NCBI GenBank assembly: GCA_044867525.1
Contig: JBIOVB010000024.1
Coordinates: 2,472-66,471, forward strand
DNA from: Acidimicrobiia bacterium
GTDB lineage: Bacteria > Actinomycetota > Acidimicrobiia > Spongiisociales > ZC4RG35
Length of the DNA: 64,000 bases
Reading direction: 5' to 3'
How positions within the stretch are numbered: the first letter of the stretch is position 1; each line of letters opens with the position of its first letter. The translations under genes and the position numbers were made by a program. The notes under the pieces are model-generated. The model had not been told where the DNA came from and did no database searches. It worked only from the letters and a program-made list of their open reading frames with translations. Positions 47,027-57,594 of this stretch are shown in pieces.

Positions 47027-47915
47027 GGGCGCCGGCAAGGGCAGCGCCCAGCGCTCCGGCGGTGGAGCCCAAGGCAGCCGGCACGACTTCGATCCTCTCC
47101 GTTGGCACCAGCGTCACTCGCTCCTTGACGGCCTTCCGGATGGGATCGAGTGCGCGGTCGCCGGCGTCGGCGATCCCGCCACCGATGATGATCCGATCCG
47201 GGCCGAGCAGTGTGACCACGTTGGCGAGCCCTATCCCGAGATAGCGGGCAACTTGTTGGACCGCGGCGATACAGCGCTCGTCCCCTAGGGCCGCCCCCGA
47301 GTAGACCTCCTCGGCTGTGTCCCTCCCGGCAATCCCGGTGAGGACCTCGGCCCGGGTCAGCGCCTCGACACAGCCGCGATTCCCGCACCCACAGAGGGGC
47401 CCGTCGGGGTCGATCGTCTGGTGCCCGAGCTCGCCGGCGACTCCGAAGGCGCCGGTGTGCAGCCGGCCACCGATCATGATCCCGCCACCGACCCCGGTCC
47501 CGAGTGCAACGCACACGATCGTGTGACAACCGGCGCCGGCCCCGAGCATGCCCTCGGCCAACGTGAACGCCCGAGCGTCGTTGATCATCCGGACCTGGCG
47601 CCCCACGGCTGCCTCGACCTTCTCCTGTAGCGGGTACCCGGGCCACTCGCCGGGAAGGTTGGGGAAGAGCTCGATCGCGCCGGTCTCTCGGTCGAAGAGC
47701 CCGGGAACTCCGAGGCCGATAGTTGTGATCTCCGGGTCCGAGTCGAGTGCCTCGAGGGCCGCGGCCGCCACATTGGCGGCAACCGTGTCGGGGCCCGCCG
47801 AGGCCTCTGTGTCCCGCTTCGTTTGAGAAAGCGTGGCGAACCCATCGTCGACGCCCTCGATCACTGCTGTCTTGATGAATGTGCCGCCGAGGTCGAGCCC
47901 CAGATTTCGACTCAT
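47016..47915 (-). CDS. ROK-family sugar kinase
   Basis: LGLDLGGTFIK, and zinc motif CGCGNRGCVE. No N-terminal HTH. Confidence 0.88.
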   Translation of the reverse strand: MSRNLGLDLGGTFIKTAVIEGVDDGFATLSQTKRDTEASAGPDTVAANVAAAALEALDSDPEITTIGLGVPGLFDRETGAIELFPNLPGEWPGYPLQEKVEAAVGRQVRMINDARAFTLAEGMLGAGAGCHTIVCVALGTGVGGGIMIGGRLHTGAFGVAGELGHQTIDPDGPLCGCGNRGCVEALTRAEVLTGIAGRDTAEEVYSGAALGDERCIAAVQQVARYLGIGLANVVTLLGPDRIIIGGGIADAGDRALDPIRKAVKERVTLVPTERIEVVPAALGSTAGALGAALAGALSP

Positions 47916-48631
47916 CCCTCTCCTCCATCACGCATCAAGACGGCCCGGAACGTGTACCGGCTAGACGCGTAGTAGGTCTCCGTCCGCTCGAGGGGCAGCC
48001 CGTCCTGATCGGAGATGGTCCGGGATTCACAGAGGATGATCCCTGCCGCCGGAAGGTCGAGCAGGTCGCGTTGTCGCTTGGTGGGATGTCGGGCCGATAC
48101 TTCCGACAGGGCCATGGTGGGATAGCGGTCGAGCCTTTCGAATGCCGCATGCAAGGAGCCGATTTCCAGATCGCCGTCGAGGCTCTCGGCGAGCTCGATC
48201 GGCATCACGGCGCGCTCGATGGCCATTGGCACGCCGTCCGCCAGTCGCAGCCGCTCCAGGACGCGGGCTTGCTCTCCGTTCGCCAGGCCGAGTGCTCGCC
48301 GCTCCGCTCCCGACGGCTTGATCCGGCGCGACTGCAAGATCCGCGACGTTGCGGTCATCCCTCTTCGTCTCATCGACTCGGTGAAAGACAATGGAGAGCC
48401 AAGCTCTCGGGGCACGGCCTGATGTCGGACAAACGTCCCCGCTCCCCTCTTCCGCTCGATCAACCCCTCGCCGGAGACCAGCTGCACCGCCTGGCGGGCC
48501 GTCATCCGGCTCACTCCGTAGCGATCACACAGTTCGGCATCGGATGGGAGCCGGTCGCCGGGTTTGGAGGCCGCGACCTGGGCCCGGAGGTCGGCTGCGA
48601 TCTCCTCGTAGCGGGCGGGCTTCTTGCTCAC
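47912..48631 (-). CDS. GntR-family (HutC subfamily, UTRA domain) transcriptional regulator
   Basis: [41 protein letters not shown]. Length and C-terminus are consistent with a UTRA domain. Confidence 0.88.
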   Translation of the reverse strand: [239 protein letters not shown]

Positions 48632-48675
48632 GTTCTGGCGCGGAAGTAAAGCAGCGCTGCAATTCGGTTCCTAAG

Positions 48676-48687
48676 ATGTATATACAT
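48676..48687. promoter_or_regulatory. Perfect palindrome ATGTATATACAT (core GTATATAC) in the divergent gntR/SIS intergenic region
   Basis: Fits GT-M-TA-K-AC, in an AT-rich patch. A second palindrome GCAGCGCTGC lies at 48651-48660. Confidence 0.55.
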
Positions 48688-48699
48688 TTCGCGATCACG

Positions 48700-49521
48700 A
48701 TGACCGACTCATCGACTCACACCGGCCCGCCGGCCTGGATCCACGAGGCTCGGGGGCTCCTCGACCATATCGAGGCGACCCAGCTCGAAGCCATCGACAT
48801 CGTTGCCGGCTGGTGCGCCGAGGCGATCGCCGCCGACGGGATGGTCCATCTCTTCGGCTCGGGCCATTCCCGCATCCCCCTCGAGGAGATGTTCCCTCGA
48901 TATGGTTCATTTCCCGGGTTTCATCCCATGGCCGAGCTCTCGATGACATTTCACACCGAGGTGGTCGGCACCAACGGGCAGCGCCAGGCGATGTTCATCG
49001 AGCAGGTCGAAGGCCTTGCCGAGGTGATCCTGTCCAACTTCGACTTCGGCAAACAGGACGTGATGCTCGTTTTCAGCGCCAGCGGCCGATCCGCGGTCCC
49101 AATCGAAATCGCCATCGGCGCTCGCGACCGGGGATTGCGGGTGGTGGCGGTGACCTCGGTGCAGGAGTCGATGGCGGGGCCGGTCCGGCACTCCTCTGGT
49201 GGACGTCTCCTCGACCATGCCGACGTGGTGATCGACATCGGCACCCCGCCGGGAGATGCCTTGGTCGCCATCCCCGGCCTGGAATCCCCGATCGGGCCCG
49301 GATCGACCCTGGCCAACGCTGCAGTCGTCAATGAGATCAAGGTTCGGGTGGCGCGACGGCTGGTCGCAGGGGGACAGATGCCCCCGGTCCTCACCAGTTC
49401 GAGCCTCGTCGGCGCGCAGACGTCGGCTGACCTCTTCGACGCCGCCTACGCCGACCATGGCCGCCGGCTGGCCCGGGTGCTGCGTCAGGACCCGAAATCA
49501 CCGTCCGAGCAAGAGGCATAA
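48700..49521 (+). CDS. SIS-domain protein (UPF0309-like)
   Basis: MVHLFGSGHSRIPLEEMF...VFSASGRSAVPIEIA. Start is ATG 48700 (alternative 48676). Confidence 0.75.
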   Translation: MTDSSTHTGPPAWIHEARGLLDHIEATQLEAIDIVAGWCAEAIAADGMVHLFGSGHSRIPLEEMFPRYGSFPGFHPMAELSMTFHTEVVGTNGQRQAMFIEQVEGLAEVILSNFDFGKQDVMLVFSASGRSAVPIEIAIGARDRGLRVVAVTSVQESMAGPVRHSSGGRLLDHADVVIDIGTPPGDALVAIPGLESPIGPGSTLANAAVVNEIKVRVARRLVAGGQMPPVLTSSSLVGAQTSADLFDAAYADHGRRLARVLRQDPKSPSEQEA

Positions 49522-49577
49522 GGTACCCCACTTAGGCTCTTGACACAGTCGAAAGTCTCTGGCATGGTGGAGAAACT

Positions 49578-50765
49578 GTGGGCGAATCGATCCGGATTGC
49601 ATCCGAATCCGACTCACCGGGGGACCTTCTCACTTTGATTCGCTCTGGACGCGCCCGTACCAGGGGAGAGCTCGGCGAGGTCACCGGGCTCGCTCGCTCC
49701 ACGATCGCGCAACGCGTCGACGCATTGATCAACGCCGGGCTGGTGGTGGAGGTCGGTGGTGCGCCATCGACCGGTGGAAGGCCGGCTTCACTCCTCGGCT
49801 TCAACGGAGATGTCGGCTTGGTCCTCGCCGCCGATCTCGGCGCCACCCACTCCCGGGTCGCCGTCTGCAACCTCCATGCAGAGATCCTGAGCGAAGTCGT
49901 GGCCGACATCGATATCGATCTCGGCCCCGCCCACGTCCTGGGTTGGCTGGAGGAGACCTTCGGGAAGCTGCTCGCCGACATCGGCCGCCCGGTGAGCGAG
50001 ATCCGAGGGGTGGGGATCGGAGTCCCCGGGCCCGTTGACTTCTCTCACGGGATGGCGGTCAACCCCCCGATCATGGCGGGATGGCACCTCTACCGGATCG
50101 CCGATCGCTTCGAGCAGCGATACGGGGTCCCGGTGCTGGTGGACAACGACGTCAACATCATGGCTCTCGGTGAGTACTGGTCGATGGATGCGAGCATCGA
50201 CGATTTCATCCTGGTGAAGGTAGGCACCGGGATCGGCTCGGGTCTGATCATGGGTGGCCATCTCCATCGCGGAGCCAATGGTGCGGCCGGTGACATCGGC
50301 CATGTGCGGGCCACATCCGATGAAGTCGTCTGCCGGTGCGGTAACACGGGGTGCTTGGAGGCGGTTGCCGGCGGCGCCGCTCTCGCAGCCCGGCTCCGCG
50401 ATATGGGTCACGATGCATCGGGAAGCCGGGAGGTGGTGCAGTTGCTCCGGGCCGGCAACAAAGACGCCACCCGGGTCGTGCGCGAGGCGGGCCGTCTGAT
50501 CGGCCAGGTCCTGGCGTCGACGGTCAACTTGCTCAATCCGGCGCTGATCATGATCGGGGGTGACATGGCAATGGCCGATCAACCACTCCTGGCCGGCGTC
50601 AGGGAAGTCGTCTACCAACGCTCGACGACGCTGAGCACCACCGATCTCCAGATCACGACGGCGACGCTCGGTGACCAGGCCGGAGTCGTGGGGGCCGCGG
50701 CACTGGCGTTGGAGCACGTGCTCACGCCGAGGGCCGTCGACCTGGCCGTGGCGGCGGCACGGTGA
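49578..50765 (+). CDS. ROK-family transcriptional regulator (N-terminal HTH)
   Basis: N-terminal RTRGELGEVTGLARSTIAQRVDALI, and ROK zinc motif CRCGNTGCLE. Confidence 0.88.
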   Translation: MGESIRIASESDSPGDLLTLIRSGRARTRGELGEVTGLARSTIAQRVDALINAGLVVEVGGAPSTGGRPASLLGFNGDVGLVLAADLGATHSRVAVCNLHAEILSEVVADIDIDLGPAHVLGWLEETFGKLLADIGRPVSEIRGVGIGVPGPVDFSHGMAVNPPIMAGWHLYRIADRFEQRYGVPVLVDNDVNIMALGEYWSMDASIDDFILVKVGTGIGSGLIMGGHLHRGANGAAGDIGHVRATSDEVVCRCGNTGCLEAVAGGAALAARLRDMGHDASGSREVVQLLRAGNKDATRVVREAGRLIGQVLASTVNLLNPALIMIGGDMAMADQPLLAGVREVVYQRSTTLSTTDLQITTATLGDQAGVVGAAALALEHVLTPRAVDLAVAAAR

Positions 50766-50838
50766 GAGAGCTTCTCGCGAACAGGCGAGATGAAGGTGCC
50801 GCACTCGTGCGGCCGTTGAGACAAGAAGAGGAGGAAGG

Positions 50839-51873
50839 ATGAGAGGAAATCGAGGGCTGACGATTGCAGCCCTTGTCGGAGCTCTGGCTCTCGTGGCCGC
50901 CGCCTGTGGAGGCGACGACGCCGTCGAGGACGAGACCTTCACGCTCGGGGTGAGCAACACCCTGGTGGGCAACGGTTGGCGCGAGCAGATGATCTGCTCG
51001 ATCAAGGCCGAGGCACTGGCGAGTGGCGTCGTGGACGAGGTCGTTGTCGTCAACGAGAACGCCGACACCACGCAGCAAATCGGGCAGCTAGAGAACCTGA
51101 TCTCGCAGGGTGTCGACGCGATCATTCTCAACCCCACCGACCGTGAGGGTCTGAACTCGGTGATCGAAGAGGCAATCAGCCAGGACATCGTGGTGGTAGC
51201 GGTCGACCAGGCCGTCACCGCCGAGGGTGCGTATGTCGCCACCAACGACCAGGTCGCCTATGGCGAGCTGGGAGCGCGCTGGCTGTTCGAGGAGCTCGGT
51301 GGCGAGGGCAATGTGGTTGAGATGCGCGGCATCGATGGCGTGCCTGCAGACACCGACCGCCACACCGGCTTCACCACTGCCCTGGAGGACTTCCCGGGGA
51401 TCACGATCTCCCAGGAGACCTTCACCGGTTGGGATCCAACCGTGGGAGCGGAGCAAGCGCTGCAGATCATCAGCGCCGGTGACGTGGACGGGATCTGGAC
51501 CTCGGGCATCGACTACACCGTGGTCGAGCAGTTCGAGAGTGCCGGTGCCCCGTTCGTTCCCATCGTGGGCGCGGACAACAACGGGTTCATCGACCAGCTG
51601 ATCAATGTCGACGGCCTCGTCGGCGCAGCTGTGACCAACCCGCCGGCGATCGGTGGTGTCGGCGCGGCGATCGCCATCCAGGCGCTCCAAGGTGAGTCAC
51701 CCGATGAGGTCGTGACCCTGACCCCGGAGGTCTTCGCCTCCGACGACCAGGCGACCCTCGAGGAGCTCTTCGACCCGGACCAGCAGGTCGGGTGGAGCAC
51801 CTACGTCGAGATCGACCCCTGGACGACCTATACCCCGGACCAGGTTTCCGCTTGCGCGGGCCCTGGCGAGTAG
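50839..51873 (+). CDS. Sugar ABC transporter substrate-binding lipoprotein (ribose/xylose-type PBP)
   Basis: Lipobox LVAAAC. GAGGAGGAAGG SD. Type-I periplasmic binding protein pattern. Confidence 0.85.
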   Translation: MRGNRGLTIAALVGALALVAAACGGDDAVEDETFTLGVSNTLVGNGWREQMICSIKAEALASGVVDEVVVVNENADTTQQIGQLENLISQGVDAIILNPTDREGLNSVIEEAISQDIVVVAVDQAVTAEGAYVATNDQVAYGELGARWLFEELGGEGNVVEMRGIDGVPADTDRHTGFTTALEDFPGITISQETFTGWDPTVGAEQALQIISAGDVDGIWTSGIDYTVVEQFESAGAPFVPIVGADNNGFIDQLINVDGLVGAAVTNPPAIGGVGAAIAIQALQGESPDEVVTLTPEVFASDDQATLEELFDPDQQVGWSTYVEIDPWTTYTPDQVSACAGPGE

Positions 51874-51888
51874 ACATCGGATGAGGAG

Positions 51889-51917
51889 CAGGGCCGGGGT
51901 CTTCGGCCCCGGCCCTG
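51889..51917 (+). other. Intercistronic GC-rich stem-loop between the SBP and ATPase genes
   Basis: CAGGGCCGGGG...CCCCGGCCCTG, an 11-bp stem. Confidence 0.5.
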
Positions 51918-51952
51918 CCCGCCCCACGCGATTTGAAGAGGTCGAAGGAGCC

Positions 51953-53422
51953 ATGACCCTGTTGTCGGCGCGCGCCGTGGCCAAGAGCTTTGGCAACGTG
52001 GTGGCGCTCCGCTCCGTCGACCTGGATGTCGAGCCTGGCGAGATCCATGCCTTGCTCGGCGCCAACGGCGCCGGGAAGAGCACCCTGGTCAAGATCCTCT
52101 CCGGGGTCTACTCCGCAGACTCGGCCGGGATCGAGGTCAATGGCAAGCCGGTACAGCTCGCCGACCCGAGAGCGGCCATGCAAGCCGGGCTGGCCACGGT
52201 CTTCCAGGATCCCGCCCTCATTCCGGATCTCACAGTGCGCCAGAACCTGCAGTTGACCGGGATCGATGAGGATTCGGTCCGTGGCTGGCTGCAGAGCATG
52301 GAAGTCACCGATCTCGACACCGAAGCGTTGATCCGGGAGCTCCCCCTGCCCTTGCTTCGCCTGCTCGACCTGGCCCGGGCACTCTCCAACGCCCCGTCGC
52401 TACTGATGCTCGACGAGATCACCGCTGCCTTGCCTGTCGACCAGGCGGAGCACGTGTTCCGCGTGATGGAGGAATGGCGATCTCGGGGCAAGTCCGTTCT
52501 GTTCATCACCCACCGGCTCGGTGAGGTGCTGCGGATGTGCGACCGCGCCACGGTCCTCCGCGACGGCCGTCGCGTCGCATCGGTCGTACCCCGGGAGGTC
52601 GGTGAGTCGGGGCTGGTCGAGCCCATGCTCGGCGAGGTGGCTCGGGCCGCGTCGACCGAGAAGTCGCGGGTGGCCCGACTCGGGGAGAGCCCGGTTGTCT
52701 TCGAGGCCCGTGACCTCCGATCGGGTGACAAGGTCAACGGCATTTCGTTCCAGCTTCGGGCGGGCGAAGTGCTCGGCCTCGCAGCTCTCGAGGGCCAAGG
52801 CCAGGATCGATTGTTCGAGGTACTGGCGGGCGATCGTCGCCCTGACAGTGGAGATATCGTGGTCAACGGCGAGCCCCTGGTTGCGCGATCGCCATTCGAC
52901 GCGGTGAGCCGGGGGGTGGTCCTGATCCCGCCGGACCGATTGCTCGCCCTGCTCCCCAAACGCTCGGTGCGGGAGAATCTCGGGCTCCCGCTCTACAACC
53001 GCGTCAGCCGATGGTTCTCGCTTGCGCCGGACGAGAAGGAGCGGGTGGGCGATGCCGTCGATCGGCTGTCGATCGACCTCAGGGCGGCCCGACAGGCAGG
53101 GCGGCTCTCGGGAGGCAACCAGCAGAAAGTAGTGGTCGGGCGCTGGCTGGCCGCCGGGTTCCGGGTGCTCCTTTGCTTCGATCCCACCCGCGGGATCGAC
53201 GTCAAGACCAAGGCGCAGATATACGAGCTGCTCCGGGAACTGGCTGCCGATGGAGCGGCGATCCTCCTCTACACCAGCGAGCTCGCAGAGATCCCGTTGG
53301 CGTGTGACCGGGTCCAGGTCCTGTACCGGGGCGCCATCGTCCACGAGCAGGCCGCAGAGAGCGCAACCGAAGAGTCCCTGCTCACCGCGGCCCATGGGAT
53401 ATCCGCCGAGGATGTGGCATGA
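51953..53422 (+). CDS. Sugar ABC transporter ATP-binding protein (duplicated ABC domains)
   Basis: ATG at 51953 after GAAGGAG. Walker A GANGAGKST. Signature LSGGNQQK. Confidence 0.9.
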   Translation: MTLLSARAVAKSFGNVVALRSVDLDVEPGEIHALLGANGAGKSTLVKILSGVYSADSAGIEVNGKPVQLADPRAAMQAGLATVFQDPALIPDLTVRQNLQLTGIDEDSVRGWLQSMEVTDLDTEALIRELPLPLLRLLDLARALSNAPSLLMLDEITAALPVDQAEHVFRVMEEWRSRGKSVLFITHRLGEVLRMCDRATVLRDGRRVASVVPREVGESGLVEPMLGEVARAASTEKSRVARLGESPVVFEARDLRSGDKVNGISFQLRAGEVLGLAALEGQGQDRLFEVLAGDRRPDSGDIVVNGEPLVARSPFDAVSRGVVLIPPDRLLALLPKRSVRENLGLPLYNRVSRWFSLAPDEKERVGDAVDRLSIDLRAARQAGRLSGGNQQKVVVGRWLAAGFRVLLCFDPTRGIDVKTKAQIYELLRELAADGAAILLYTSELAEIPLACDRVQVLYRGAIVHEQAAESATEESLLTAAHGISAEDVA

Positions 53423-54426
53423 CCGCCGGAGTGATAGGGAAGTCCGAACGGCAGTCCCTGCCGGCATGGCTACGCCGTAGGGGATGGACTCTCGGTGTAT
53501 GGCTCCTCCTCCTCTTGATGCTGGCCTGGTACGCGACGCTGATCCCAAAGTTCGGCGGCTTCCAGATCGCCTCTATCGCCAAGAACAGTCTCCCGTTGGT
53601 GTATCTGGCTGTGGGGCAGGCGATCATCGTCATCGCTGGTGGGATCGACCTCTCGGTGGGGGCGATGATGATCCTGGCCAACTCGATCGCCGCTCAGCTC
53701 ATGTTCGAGCAGCCATTCCCGGTGACATTGGCGATCGCAGTGCTCGTGGTGTTGATCGGAGCCGCGATCAACGGCGTCGTTGGGTGGGTCATCACGGTTT
53801 CCCGGGTCCCCGACATCGTGGTGACACTGGCCACCAGCTTCATCCTCTCCGGGCTTGCCCTCGTGGTTCTTCCCTCCCCCGGGGGTGGGACCAGTGAGGG
53901 CTTCCGCGCCATGTTCACCGGCTCGGGATCGGGCAGCGGCTCCAACTTCTGGCCCTCGCTGGTCGCCATCGCCATCCCCACAGCGCTTGCTGCGTGGTGG
54001 ATGAAGGGGACCCGTAACGGTCTCTCCCTGTATGCCTCCGGATCCAGCCTCACCGCCGCCTACCTGTCAGGGGTGCGCACAGCGAGGGCCAAGATCATCT
54101 CCTATTCCCTCGGTGGCGCGTTCGCCGCCCTCGCCGGGCTCTCCGCGCTGGCCATCACCGGTTCGGGAGAGTCGCGCAGCGCGACGGCCGGGCTGTTCAC
54201 CCTGCGCTCGGTGGCCGCGATCGTGCTCGGAGGAGTCGCCCTCACCGGCGGCATCGGCTCTGTGGTCGGGGCCGCGGCTGCCGGGATCATCCTGTTCACC
54301 CTGTCGCCGATCCTGAGCGCCATGGGGATCGACCCCAACACCGCTCAGGTGGTCCAGGGCGTGCTGATCGTGGTGGTGATGATGATCGCCGGGGTGATCG
54401 AGTTGAGAAGGCAGAGGGCCGGATGA
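53419..54426 (+). CDS. Sugar ABC transporter permease (RbsC-like)
   Basis: ATGA overlap. Polytopic. GGIDLSVGAMM motif. Confidence 0.88.
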   Translation: MTAGVIGKSERQSLPAWLRRRGWTLGVWLLLLLMLAWYATLIPKFGGFQIASIAKNSLPLVYLAVGQAIIVIAGGIDLSVGAMMILANSIAAQLMFEQPFPVTLAIAVLVVLIGAAINGVVGWVITVSRVPDIVVTLATSFILSGLALVVLPSPGGGTSEGFRAMFTGSGSGSGSNFWPSLVAIAIPTALAAWWMKGTRNGLSLYASGSSLTAAYLSGVRTARAKIISYSLGGAFAALAGLSALAITGSGESRSATAGLFTLRSVAAIVLGGVALTGGIGSVVGAAAAGIILFTLSPILSAMGIDPNTAQVVQGVLIVVVMMIAGVIELRRQRAG

Positions 54427-55415
54427 TCCCCGAGGCGCCCCCGATCTCCGTCGAGCTCCCTCCCCCCGACTCCTGGCGGTCCAAGCTCGCCGAGCATCCT
54501 GTGTGGGTGCTCGCCGGTGTCCTGGTGCTGCTGATCCTGGTCACCGGGATCATCGAGCCTCGCTACTTGAGCCCGGCAGGTATCCGAAACACCGTCCTGC
54601 TCGCGGCTCCGCTCGGGATTCTGGCCGGGGCGCAAACGATCCTCATGCTCACCGGTGGGATCGACCTCTCGGTGGGGATGGTGGCGACCGCCGCCGCCTA
54701 TGTCGCCGGCAATCAGTCGCCCCAGGGTGCGGCCATCGCCATCCTCCTCGGACTGGGCGTCGGTGTGGTGGCAGGGGCGATCAACGGGGTCGGAGTGGGG
54801 GTGTTCCGGGTCAACCCGCTGATCATGACCCTGGCCATGTCCGCGATCCTCCTCGGGCTCTTCACCGCACTCTCCTTTACCGTGCTCCAAGGATCGACCA
54901 CCGTGGCCGATTTCATCTCGACCCTGGGCGGGGGCTCCTTCCTCAACGGCCTGATCCCGTACAACGCGGTGGTTTGGGCGGGCGTCTCGGTGCTGATCAT
55001 CTACGGGTTGCGTCGCACCGGGCTTGGCAGGCTGCTCTATGCCGTCGGGGACAACGCGATCGCGGTTCGGCTCGCCGGGGTCCGCACCTGGCAGGTCCAG
55101 ATCGCGGCCTACACCATCGCCGGCCTCCTCGCCGCACTGGCCGGGATCCTCCTCGCAGGGCGCACGGGTGCGGTGGACCTCCAATTGGCGGTGAGCTTCC
55201 TTCTCCCCTCGGTCGCTGCCGCGGTTATCGGTGGCACCTCGATCTTTGGTGGTGTCGGGTCCTATTCGGGCACGATCTTCGGCGCTCTCATCCTCGGGGT
55301 GCTGGCCACCATGCTCACCTTTCTCAACGCCGGGCAGGCGGTGCAGCAGATCGTGTATGGGTCGATCGTCCTCGGACTGGCCTGGCTCTATGCCCGGGTA
55401 ACGGGGACCGGGTGA
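54423..55415 (+). CDS. Sugar ABC transporter permease (RbsC-like, second copy)
   Basis: ATGA overlap. GGIDLSVGMV motif. Confidence 0.88.
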   Translation: MIPEAPPISVELPPPDSWRSKLAEHPVWVLAGVLVLLILVTGIIEPRYLSPAGIRNTVLLAAPLGILAGAQTILMLTGGIDLSVGMVATAAAYVAGNQSPQGAAIAILLGLGVGVVAGAINGVGVGVFRVNPLIMTLAMSAILLGLFTALSFTVLQGSTTVADFISTLGGGSFLNGLIPYNAVVWAGVSVLIIYGLRRTGLGRLLYAVGDNAIAVRLAGVRTWQVQIAAYTIAGLLAALAGILLAGRTGAVDLQLAVSFLLPSVAAAVIGGTSIFGGVGSYSGTIFGALILGVLATMLTFLNAGQAVQQIVYGSIVLGLAWLYARVTGTG

Positions 55416-56575
55416 CCGCTGTGGCGCTGTCGGACGTGAAGGCGGGCGTGGTCGGAGTGGGGTTCATCGGGGTGGCCCACGTCGAGGCGCTCCGCCGGCT
55501 CGGGGTCGGCGTCGCGGGAGTGGTCGGATCCACTCCGGAGCGCGCCCGGCGCAAAGCGGAAGCCGCAGGGCTGCCAGAGGTCTACGAGTCGGTGGAGGCC
55601 CTCGCCGCCGACCCCGGGATCGACGTGATCCACATCACCAGCCCCAACCAGGTGCATGCCGAGCAGGTCCGGATCTGCCTCGATGCCGGAAAGCACGTCA
55701 TCTGTGAGAAGCCACTTGCCCTCTCCGCCGAGGACACGGCCGACCTGGTGAAGCGGGCCGAGGCGTCGGGGTTGGTCAATGCAGTGTGCTTCAACATCCG
55801 GTTCTATCCGCTGAACCATGAGGCGATGGCCATGGTCCGGGGAGGGCAGATCGGGGAGCCGCTTCTGATCACCGGCTCCTATCACCAGGACTGGTTGCTA
55901 CTCGACACCGACTGGAACTGGCGACTGCAACCGGAGCAGGGTGGCGATCTGAGGGCGGTGGCCGACATCGGGTCGCACTGGCTCGACCTGACCAGATTCA
56001 TCTCAGGGCTCCGGGTCGACGAGGTGGTCGCCGACCTGCACACCCTGGTGCCCATCCGGCGTCACCCTGCCGGGCCGGTGGAGACCTTCGCCGCTGCTTC
56101 CGACGATCAGGACCTGGTCGAGACCATGATGACCAGCGACGACGCGGCGGGAATCCTGCTCCGCTACCAGGGACGGGCTCGCGGAGCGGTCACGGTGTCC
56201 CAGGTCTCAGCAGGAAGGAAGAACACGGTTCGCTACGAGATCGCGGGCAGCGAGGGGTCGCTGTCCTGGTCGTCCGAGGCACCCGACGACCTGTTGATCG
56301 GGCACCGGGGCCGGGCCAACGAGGTCCTGCACCGCGACCCGGGCCTCCTCGGCCCCGAGGCGGCGAGCCTTGCTGCTTTCCCCGGCGGCCATCTCGAAGG
56401 CTTCCCCGACACCTTCCGCGCCCTTTTCAGCATGGTCTATCGCGACATCTTGGAGGGCCGGCCGGCGGGCGACCCCGCCTACCCCACATTTGCCGATGGT
56501 CACGATGCAGTTCTGGTCACCGACGCCATCGCCCGCAGCCACCAGGAGCAAGGATGGGTTTCCGTCCAACGATGA
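55412..56575 (+). CDS. Gfo/Idh/MocA-family oxidoreductase
   Basis: GTG at 55412 (GTGA overlap). VGVGFIGVAHVEAL Rossmann motif. ICEKPLA motif. Confidence 0.85.
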   Translation: MTAVALSDVKAGVVGVGFIGVAHVEALRRLGVGVAGVVGSTPERARRKAEAAGLPEVYESVEALAADPGIDVIHITSPNQVHAEQVRICLDAGKHVICEKPLALSAEDTADLVKRAEASGLVNAVCFNIRFYPLNHEAMAMVRGGQIGEPLLITGSYHQDWLLLDTDWNWRLQPEQGGDLRAVADIGSHWLDLTRFISGLRVDEVVADLHTLVPIRRHPAGPVETFAAASDDQDLVETMMTSDDAAGILLRYQGRARGAVTVSQVSAGRKNTVRYEIAGSEGSLSWSSEAPDDLLIGHRGRANEVLHRDPGLLGPEAASLAAFPGGHLEGFPDTFRALFSMVYRDILEGRPAGDPAYPTFADGHDAVLVTDAIARSHQEQGWVSVQR

Positions 56576-56585
56576 GGAGGAAGAG

Positions 56586-57500
56586 ATGAAACTGGGCCTG
56601 CTTACCGCGCCGTTCCCGGAAACGCCCCTGGACGATGTCGCGGAATGGAGTGCTGCAAACGGGTTCACCACCATCGAGATCGCGGCCTGGCCGGCCTCGA
56701 GTGGCGATACCCGCCGATACGCCGGGACCAGTCATGTCGACGTCGACGGCATGTCCGAGGCTCAGGCCTTGGAGGTGGTGGACCGTATGGGACAACGGGG
56801 CCTCGAGGTCTCCGGCCTCGGCTTCTACCCCAATCCCCTCCATCCCGACCCCGAACACCGACGAGCGGTGATCGACCATCTGAAGAAGGTGATCGTCGCC
56901 GCAGGGAAAATGCGGGTCCCGGTGGTCAACACTTTCATCGGCGCCGACCGTGCCAGGACTCAGGACGAGAACTGGGAGGAGGCGACCCGGGTCTGGCCCG
57001 AGATCATCTCGTGTGCCGAGGAGAATGGCGTCCTGGTCGCCATCGAGAACTGCCCGATGATCTTCTCCAAGGACGAATGGCCCTCGGGGCACAACCTGGC
57101 CTACAACCCGAGGATATGGCGCAGGATGTTCGAGGAATTCGGGGAGACGATCGGGCTCAACTTCGACCCCTCGCATCTGGTGTGGCTCATGATCGACATC
57201 GAGTCCGCCATCACCGAGTTCGGAGAGCGGTTCTATCACTTCCAGGCCAAGGACGTGATGATCGACAATGACGGGCTTTACGAGAACGGGTCCCTTTCTT
57301 CGGGTATCGGGTGGCAGGTGCCCCGGCTCCCCGGGCTCGGGGACGTGGACTGGGGCCGGGTCTTCTCCGCCCTCTACCGCGTGGGGTACGACGGCGCGAT
57401 CATCATCGAGCACGAGGACCGGGACTTCGAAGCCAGCGACGAGCTGGTCAAGCGGGGCTTCCTCCTCGCCCGGGACGTGCTCCAGCCCTATGTGAAATGA
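56586..57500 (+). CDS. Sugar-phosphate isomerase/epimerase (xylose-isomerase-like TIM barrel)
   Basis: ATG at 56586 after GAGGAGGAAGAG. FTTIEIAAWP...AIENCP...IIEHED pattern. Confidence 0.8.
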   Translation: MKLGLLTAPFPETPLDDVAEWSAANGFTTIEIAAWPASSGDTRRYAGTSHVDVDGMSEAQALEVVDRMGQRGLEVSGLGFYPNPLHPDPEHRRAVIDHLKKVIVAAGKMRVPVVNTFIGADRARTQDENWEEATRVWPEIISCAEENGVLVAIENCPMIFSKDEWPSGHNLAYNPRIWRRMFEEFGETIGLNFDPSHLVWLMIDIESAITEFGERFYHFQAKDVMIDNDGLYENGSLSSGIGWQVPRLPGLGDVDWGRVFSALYRVGYDGAIIIEHEDRDFEASDELVKRGFLLARDVLQPYVK

Positions 57501-57594
57501 CGTGACTGGGGTGGCGACGCCGAAACACGGCGGCAGCTCCGGCCGACCGGCGTCTGTTTGCCCTCGACAATGATGGCGCGCAAAGCGATTCCTG

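Noticed and set aside
49788-51245. 485-aa minus-strand ORF
   Set aside because: It is antisense to the ROK regulator and the binding-protein genes, and it spans their intergenic region. No motifs.
54503-55411. 5' extension of the 690-aa ORF that ends in the Gfo/Idh/MocA gene
   Set aside because: The extension overlaps the second permease gene in another frame and is Arg/Pro-rich. The Rossmann motif begins right after the GTG at 55412, which overlaps the permease stop.
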